From the NCBI GenBank assembly GCA_905331295.1, contig CAJNYD010000236.1:184100-204099 (forward strand): a DNA stretch of 20,000 nucleotides, read 5' to 3'. Positions 12,313 through 20,000 of this stretch are shown in pieces. The position numbers and the translations under genes were made by a program. Numbering within the stretch: position 1 is the first letter of the stretch; each line of letters begins with the position of its first letter. Below the pieces are notes generated by a model. The model ran no database searches. It was not told the origin of the DNA and worked only from the letters and a program-made list of their open reading frames with translations. The stretch is from Rotaria socialis. Lineage: Eukaryota.

Positions 12313-14821
12313 CTAGATGTAACATTCAATTGAACCATTTTGTTGATTTCTTTTACATCCAAGTAAAATTTCTTGATTTGGTCCAATGGCAAGACCATAG
12401 ACAGCTGTGCGTTCTATTTGTGATATTGGTATACCTTTAGAATCAAGTTCAACAATAAGATGATGAATTGTTTGTGGTCGACTATATGGTGCTAAATCTT
12501 CATCTAATTTAAGTACCATGGAATTATCGTCACGAAGCTAGAGAAAAGGTTTTGTCAAAGAATCAAAATATCAAAAAATTCACTTACTAGAACATTCCAC
12601 AGGCGAAATGAACCTTCGCTACGTAAAAGATTTTGTATTTCATCGACTTGTTCTTTAGTTTGCTTATCGAATATGTGTACACTTTGAGAATTACGTTCAA
12701 CAACTGCAATTGATGTTTGATTTTGTGTTATTCTACAATTAAAAAAGCACGTATACTTTTCGTACTCTTTTGAAAAATTTATTTATTTTTATCGCAGCTT
12801 AAGAGAATATCCCATGACAATCAAATCAATTGATAGAGAAAACTGTAGTCCAACTAGAAAATTACATGCAATTGAACGAAATTCAATAATTGGATATTTC
12901 TCTTGATTAATTATATTATTCGAAACAAAGAAGATACATACCTAATAGGTTCAAAGTCACGTCCAAACTTTATAAAATCATCTCGATGTTCAATTGATTG
13001 TTGAATTAGACTAACACCCATTGGTAATTGATTATAGTACACTAGAAACGTGCAGCAGTATCAGTACGATTGAGTTTTTACTATGAAATAAAATACCTGT
13101 ATGTTGATGACGATCAACACCCCATAAACACATGAAGCTTGTATCGGCTGATAGTTGTCGAACAGGAAAATTTTGTAAACAAGTATCAGCTTGTTGATTA
13201 CCACGGTGATCAAAAAAATAAACTGAGCTTGTATCTGTTTGATCACTTAAATCTATAATTAGTGAATAATTTAATTCAATTAAAAATCTAATTTTGTTTT
13301 AACATACGAGCTGACACCACAATGAATGGTGTATAAACAGTAAAAGCTTCGATAATATGTGGCTTTTGGCTGGTGCTATTACCAGGAAATAAATCAAATT
13401 GACGTAAATGACGAGGTGAATTACTTGGATCATTTCCATTCAGTTGATAAAGATCAATACAGCCATATTTATCACAGGAAAAAAGAAGATAATTTTTTTT
13501 TGCAAGAATACATAAAAAATGTGGTACACCAGATGCATCAATTGACCATTGTTTTTGTCTTCGAACGACAGGTGCTGCTGGAAATGAATCTTCTTCTGAT
13601 GTACTTAATGACTCGTCTTGTAAACCATCTGTTGTACTCATAGAACTCTGTCCACTTGATGTTATAAATGATGATCGAGATACATTACGGTTTGACATTG
13701 GCTTAGAATCCCATTGTAATTCCCCAAATATATCAGATATAATCACCGGCTTCGAAGAGCTCAAATGAGGATACTAAAAGTAGAAGATATTTTTCATTTC
13801 TAAGACTAACAGATGACGGGAAAATGGCTTTTAACAATTCAGAATGAAACATGAAATTTTCATATGTACAATTTCAAGAATAAACTGAGCTTAGATTATA
13901 TAGCGAGACCACTCATTCTACAGCCAACACTCATAAGAGCTGCAATGCCTATTTCAACTAATTAGAAATCTATTGTTCTTTGAATACATTCAACAGGAGA
14001 AAATCGATCGATTTTACATCAATTGTTTAATCTGAGTGATGTGTTGAACAATTTTCAGAGTTCTACTTTATTAGCAACTATAAACAAACATACTTTAAAT
14101 GTACTAGATTGAATATGTTGCAATCGCTTCGAAATCTGCATATTTAAATGCTCTATTTCTAGAAGAAAATCATCCGCATTGTATGATGCATTTGGATTTT
14201 TATTTCTATTTAAAAAAGGAAGAAATACAAGAATTCTTTTTCTTGAATAATATTCTTACTGAAAAACACCGTCAAGCCGTTGATTAATCGAATTGAAAAC
14301 TTGTTGAAGATCTGTATGTTTAACACTAAGAAAGTATAATTTACACTAAATAGTATTGCTCAATTATGTGTTTATTCGAAAATTAAACGATTTCAAACCT
14401 ACTTGGATGTTATTGATTTAATATAATCTTCTAATTTTATTAATAAACTATTCTTTTCACTTTCAATCGATTGAATAATATCTACGTATTGTTGTTCTAT
14501 TATTTGTCTGATTCGATACATTTCATTTTCGATAACAATAAAATCTTTATCATATGTATCTAAATAAAATAGAATGCGAAAATCACCATTGAATAAAAGT
14601 AAAACGTCGTTTTTTTTACTTGACAATAGACATAAATTATGATATTTAGTTTTACATTTTAGCCAATGTTCGTTAAGTGTATCGTTTAATTGTGATTGAT
14701 GTTTATTAACACATACTTGGCATATAACTTCATCACAATGTGGACAAATAAATAATTCGGTTTTTGTTGAACATAGTGCACATTTAGCAACAATGCATAA
14801 TGCTTGTGGATTAGTTGTCAT
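12313..14821 (-). CDS. RING-less paralog of the adjacent gene: B-box-like zinc finger, coiled coil, NHL-like beta-propeller; 542 aa, 9 exons
   Basis: Exons 14821-14620, 14559-14403, 14325-14260, 14205-14094, 13773-13308, 13252-13097, 13041-12942, 12732-12588 and 12537-12313 total 1629 nt, open throughout. It shares AKC..C..L..C.HCD.VIC..CV..H...W..CKTK, CDKYG, TCL.N.P.R.L..D, QLP and the I.CY[IV]* C-terminus with the 8463-11601 gene. Confidence 0.85.
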
Positions 14822-17117
14822 ACTCAGAAAAGAAACATAAACAATAAAAATTATATCTAAAAATAATAAGAGATAGAAGATATAAAATAACCTATTGGTA
14901 TTGTAAAAGAGTCTTATGCTTTCTTCAGATCAATATTGTTAATCAAAATTTTCAAAACTAATAGTCTCTTACAAGAGAATTTCATTTGTGATTTAATTTT
15001 CGTCTAAAGCCTGAAAGATAAATCAAAAATGAACGTTGAAGACATGTAATGTTTTCCACATTCTCGTCGAAATTGGTAATATTCTAAAGCAGTGTCACCT
15101 CAGAAAAGATCAACAATTTCATGCGCTCATGTCCCGAGTTCAATTGGATGATTTGTCGATTGTATCGACTAGCTTATAAATCAAGAGAGGCATTAGTTGG
15201 ATTCTATCCCCACGTCTTATATAAAGCATAATGAATCATGCATTTGTTTTAACGTCGACAAAAATACTGCAAGTATTTGTGAAGATACTATTAGAATGTG
15301 TTTTCTAATGTTTAGGTATCTATAAACTGTAAGTCCTAAGGAAAAATAATGTCGATGGAATAAGTAAGGCATAGAAAAACACTTTCATCCAGTTTTATTA
15401 TTCAAGACTTTCTTTGAATTCATATCATCCGGTTTTTGTAAGTTCAACATTATTGAACAAAATTTAAGCGGCTCAACGATGATTTCAATAGAGAGAAATA
15501 TAGAAAAATATTCGAGTGATAAATTTCTTCGAGTGCAAGCATTCGGTAAGATGATTTCGAAGATTTAATGAAATATTTTATATTATTTTTTTTCCGGCTA
15601 CCATCAGTTTTCTTATTATCTAATATCTATCTAGGAAAAACGCTAACAAAAGAAACATCGAGAAATGATTTAGAATTCAAAATATCATGCAATCCTGCAC
15701 ATTAATTAAAACATTTCTTATCCAAAACTTGTTCTTGATGTCACACTACACAAAAGAAGAAATGTCTTTAAGTATTATTTGTAAATAATGAAATACTTAA
15801 CTCACAGCTTATGTTATTCTGAAAATAATATTAAATTTTCATTCAAAAGTAAGTTTCAACTCATCGTACAGCTGTATCAAAGGTCAAGACATGCACGTTT
15901 TGAACAAAACTTTTCTCAGATTCGTTTCAATTAATTCTATCGGTTTCTGTAACATATCAGATAGAGTATTGAATTTCATTATAGAAAATGACTTAACAAT
16001 GAAAAAATAAATTCTTTCTTTATACAAGAAATAGATTTCGAGAGTTGTCAAAAAAATATTCTTGATAATCATATTGTTGAGTCTTGCCGATCTTTTAGTC
16101 AGGTTTCATAGAGTTTAACTATTACCTTGAAATGATTTGTTCGATCTAGGAAATCATTCCAAGATCTGTATCATTGATCATACCTTCGTTATCACTTAAA
16201 TAGTTTTTGAAAGTTCAATTCTAATAAAAAGAATCACCGGCATGACACGATATGTCTATCATCCACTAATAGTTTAAGAACTTATTATCTAATGCATAAA
16301 CAAAACAAGTTTTGGTATAATATTCTATTTGATACATAAATAATACAGTTTACCATTATAAACTAAAAATGATTTTATTGTAACACATGTGTAGGGATAA
16401 ATTATTTAAGATCTTGCGAAGCAATAATGATTAACATTTCTATTCATGCAGAAACAGAATTAGATCTTCTAATTTTGTTTTTAATCAAAACATTTTCCTC
16501 TCTATAATGTTTTTTCAACTTACTACAATTCACATTTGTAATTATTACCAATCAAAAAGTACATTTGAGATGGCGCTATTTCTCGAAATCAATTAAAAGT
16601 AAAATTTATGATTTTGTAAGTGGAAATGACATATTATCTTTCTTTTATGTTCGCAGTGCCCTCGTTAGCAACCAGTAGTATGTGAACGAACGTATAAATC
16701 ATAAACAGTGTTAGAATCAAGTGACATTAACAAAATTTTGTTTATAACGATTGAATATATCAATGCTAATCTGACACGCAAGCAGATTCATTTTTTAAGG
16801 TCTCTACAGATATAGATAAAATGAAAAATCATTGCTATGGAATCTTTCCTTTGTAATGTTTCGATGCGGGCTTGCACGCAATCCTAGATTATTTCTATTG
16901 AGTCTGTATGAGACAGAAAATGTTGATCAGATTGATCCCATTAATAGTGCATGACGTCATTTATCTACTAACAATATAAGTAGTTGATTCAAAAGAACAA
17001 ATTCCTCAAAAAATATTCGGAGTGTATTTTGATTATGACCATAGGATTTTGAAGCTTCAATCGGTTTTAATCATTTTTTATTGCGTACGGATCAGAGACC
17101 GTCATAGGGTACTTTTT

Positions 17118-17232
17118 TCTGTCCTGCTCTGTCATGTCGCCCTGATTTACATTGCCCTGACCTGCCCTGACAATAGCACATCGAATTTTTCTTTGTCCTA
17201 TCCTATCCTTAGGGCAGGCCAGGACGCCTTGA
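17118..17232. repeat. Left subterminal repeat cluster of the hAT element (GCCCTG/TCCTG/CAGG motifs)
   Basis: GC-rich patch gtcctgctctgtcatgtcgccctg...tgccctgacctgccctg...agggcaggccaggac. Confidence 0.8.
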
Positions 17233-18566
17233 AGAGTTTCTGATTTAATAAGTGATTCAACAGTCTTTAGAAAAATGTTTAATTCTGTTAGATTATATTC
17301 CCGATATCTGACTGAATCAAATTGTCTTTTGTTAGAAAAAGAGATGTATGAACAACAAATATTATATCGGATATATTTCTCCAACACTAGTCTGAGAAGG
17401 TGAAAAAGCGAAAATCAAACATCTCTAAAGTTCTTGCAACTTTAACATGGGGTAGTGTCATTTCTTTTTTTCTATTAGGTTTTTTTAATGTTACACAAGA
17501 AGGGAGAGAGCATGCTTAATGACGACTTTTGTAGCACAATTAGTTCTCTTTCTAATGGTGTGTTGGAAGGAAAATTATTCTTGATCTTTTCATCGATAAA
17601 TTAATTTTTCTCGACGAGGCTAAGCATTTTTGGTTGTTCTCGCTATTTGACCATTTTATTGCGATTAAAAAATATTTCTTTAATTACTTTTTCCCTTTTG
17701 AAGTTCCATGCCTAAATATAATTAGACCAAAAGAACGCAAAAATAGTCTAGTTCACACATGCTTTCTAGAGATAGTGGCTGATATTTTTGTAAACTGATG
17801 GTTATTGCGAATGGTTCAGTTTTCTAAAAATGTTTTGTTTCAAACTTTAATTAAAGAGTCAAGAATTGATCAAGAAAAACACTCAAAGCTGATTTATGAA
17901 TCGAGTTTTCGATGCGCTACATTTTGGTTGATTACTTATTCAATTTTGACCAATATAGCTCAAAGTAATTGAGAAATACAGAATTTTTCAAGTTGAAAAG
18001 GTGTTGCAGGAACGTTTTTAACGATGTTTAGTTTTTGACTTTTTCTATTTCTCAGATTCGTATTGAAAAAATATGCCTGCTATAAAATTTGTAGTTCAGC
18101 CATCGCTCTTTCCAACAAAACTCTTTGATTAGTTCAGGAGTTGGGAACATGGTCTAGTAAGGTCGGACATTTTTCCAAAGATTTTTGCATTACATATTAT
18201 TCTATATCCGAAAACAGAGTATATAACCTGAGGATACTTCAAAGATCATTCTTCTTTTCACTATTGATACCTAACTTAAATCATTTCGAAACGACATGTT
18301 ACATGATACTGTAATATCATACTCAATCAAAAATATAGTATCAATCAGTCAATTTTAATAGATATACAATGAATAACGATGACTATATTAATTGAAACAA
18401 TAAAAACAAATGATAATCGGTAATGAATGCCAAAAAATGGTCGCTAATACGTTTTAGTTCATCAAATAGAAACGTGGTTCCCTTACCAGGACGTCTCACG
18501 TAACTGTACAAAAGATTGGAAATTTTCTCGAGAAAGTACATAGTTTGAGAATTAGGACATAATCTA

Positions 18567-18696
18567 CCAGGGCAAAGTAGTTTACCCTGGCCTGCTCTGT
18601 CCTCTGCCCTGTTATGGTCACCCTACAGGGAAAGCAGGGCAGGGCAAAAACAGAAGCTTGGCCCTGTATGACAGCGCAGGACAGGACTGCCCTGAT
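18567..18696. repeat. Right subterminal repeat cluster of the hAT element
   Basis: ccagggc...ccctggcctgctctgtcctctgccctg...cagggaaagcagggcagggc...gccctg...caggacaggactgccctg. The 11-mer CCTGCTCTGTC (18591-18601) also occurs at the left end (17123-17133). Confidence 0.8.
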
Positions 18697-18833
18697 CTGA
18701 TGACGATCTCTGGTACGGATCGAAAGACAGAAAATTTAAGAAAAACTAAAACGTAGGATATCTTAGGTCAGGATTCGAGTATTTCCTGAAAATATTCCCA
18801 GTAAAGTTGGCAGCAACTAAGGAGTTATTGACC

Positions 18834-19160
18834 CCAAGTAGACCTCGACGAGCTCTATTGAATGGCCACCTTTCGAATGCAATTAAGTGCTTGCAATCCG
18901 CCGAAATCTGCTAATTCCTCCCAGAAGCTGGTCTCTGTAGCTACAAACCCGTCGTGCTTCGCTCATCAACTGGCTCTAACAAAACCAAGAGAGGCTCCTA
19001 GTAGAACTCTACGAACTCTACTCCATGGTCACCTTACAAATGGGATTAGATCGTTCCAATCCGCAGAAATCGGCTGTTTTCGTTCCACAAAACCGGGTTC
19101 TGTTGCTACAACTCGTCGCTATTCGGTCTGAATTAGTTTCTAACTGAGACACTACAGGTC
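18834..19160. repeat. Two diverged tandem copies of a ~163-bp GC-richer unit
   Basis: Copy 1 (from 18834): ccaagtagacctcgacgagctctattgaatggccacctttcgaatgcaattaagtgcttgcaatccgccgaaatc...tctgtagctacaa. Copy 2 (from 18997): cctagtagaactctacgaactctactccatggtcaccttacaaatgggattagatcgttccaatccgcagaaatc...tctgttgctacaa. The copies are collinear, roughly 65-70% identical by eye. Confidence 0.8.
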
Positions 19161-20000
19161 AATATGAATTGTGATGTAGTTTATCGAATACAAAGATCAT
19201 TAACTGGTCCAGAAACGCCTGGCCTAAAAAAATGACGCGAAATTTCGTTTGCGGTCAGTTAACCAGGCATTACCTGAATCCAGTAGAAAAATGGCGTAGA
19301 TAAATTTTTCCTTCCATAAAATAGGAATTTCCAAGCACTTTTGTGCTAACACTTGCATAATGTAATGTATACAGTTCAGCGTCTGTACAATAGCTTTTTT
19401 TATTTCGTTGGGTTTTTTATTATTATTGTCGAATGCTTCATCATTCGGACAGTTACAAAGATATTCAGCATGCTTTTGAATTTTGGGAGCGCTATTTATA
19501 AGATATATTGACATTATAGTCCTTTCTCCACCGTCAGTATTCAAGGAAATTAGTTACTGGTCATTCGCTTCGTCCTATGGGCGGAAGAGATTGGAAATCT
19601 GATGATCTGAATGGTAGTGCACATAAAAACTAGGATGATTTTTTCGGTTCCTACAGCTTTGAAGACAAGAATAGAAGTGATGACTATCAAAGCGACTATT
19701 AAAAAAATCATTATCTGAGAAATACAATTAGAATTCAATCGAAGCACAAAATAATCTAATTACCAGATTGTTTGTCGTGCTTCTTTTCGTCAATCAAATC
19801 GCATGTGACTCAACTCATTAGAAACGGCTATTAAGTTCACGTCAGGCAGCCATTCCGACATTCCATGCATCTCTCGAAAGAATTATCAATTAGGCCAAAC
19901 TTCACAATTTTTCGATTGGAAACTATTTTAAGGCCAACACTGACAATTTAAACCAAAATGAGTTCGAAATTCATTTGTTCCGACTCATTTCAAACTGGGT

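Larger units (their letters stand above)
17093..18712. mobile_element. Non-autonomous hAT-superfamily DNA transposon, 1620 bp
   Basis: Exact 8-bp TSD GTACGGAT at 17085-17092 and 18713-18720. TIRs are CAGAGACCGTCAT (17093-17105) and ATGACGATCTCTG (18700-18712), matching 12/13. Clustered subterminal GCCCTG/CAGGGC motifs lie at both ends. No intact transposase ORF was found. Confidence 0.9.

Noticed and set aside
17022..17387. 73-aa (+) and 106-aa (-) ORFs
   Set aside because: Both cross the transposon terminus and TSD and run through subterminal repeats, with no recognisable motif.
18862..19131. 89-aa + strand ORF
   Set aside because: It reads the two repeat copies in different frames, and the homologous frame in copy 1 contains a stop. 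It is probably a by-product of higher GC.
18834..19160. DGR template/variable repeat pair or CRISPR-like array
   Set aside because: Mismatches involve all four bases plus indels, no reverse transcriptase or cas gene is present, there is no repeat-spacer structure, and the context is eukaryotic.

Overview
AT-rich eukaryotic (animal) DNA in the standard genetic code, with many short GT-AG introns of about 50-75 nt. The gene architecture resembles a bdelloid rotifer (inference, not proven). From left to right: (1) a minus-strand type-II membrane protein gene (Thr-rich stalk, small Cys motif, NIDO-like beta domain) with one in-frame TGA; (2) a pseudogene of a ubiquitin-like plus Cys-rich domain protein; (3) two adjacent ciliary genes, centrin-3 and IFT43; (4) a tandem pair of diverged TRIM-NHL-like paralogs, one with a RING and one without, which share their N-terminal introns but none in the propeller region; (5) a 1620-bp non-autonomous hAT-type transposon with an exact 8-bp TSD, 13-bp TIRs, subterminal GCCCTG repeats and a decayed internal ORF; (6) a GC-richer two-copy ~163-bp tandem repeat just right of it. 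No rRNA, tRNA or CRISPR array was seen. All gene models were spliced by hand.
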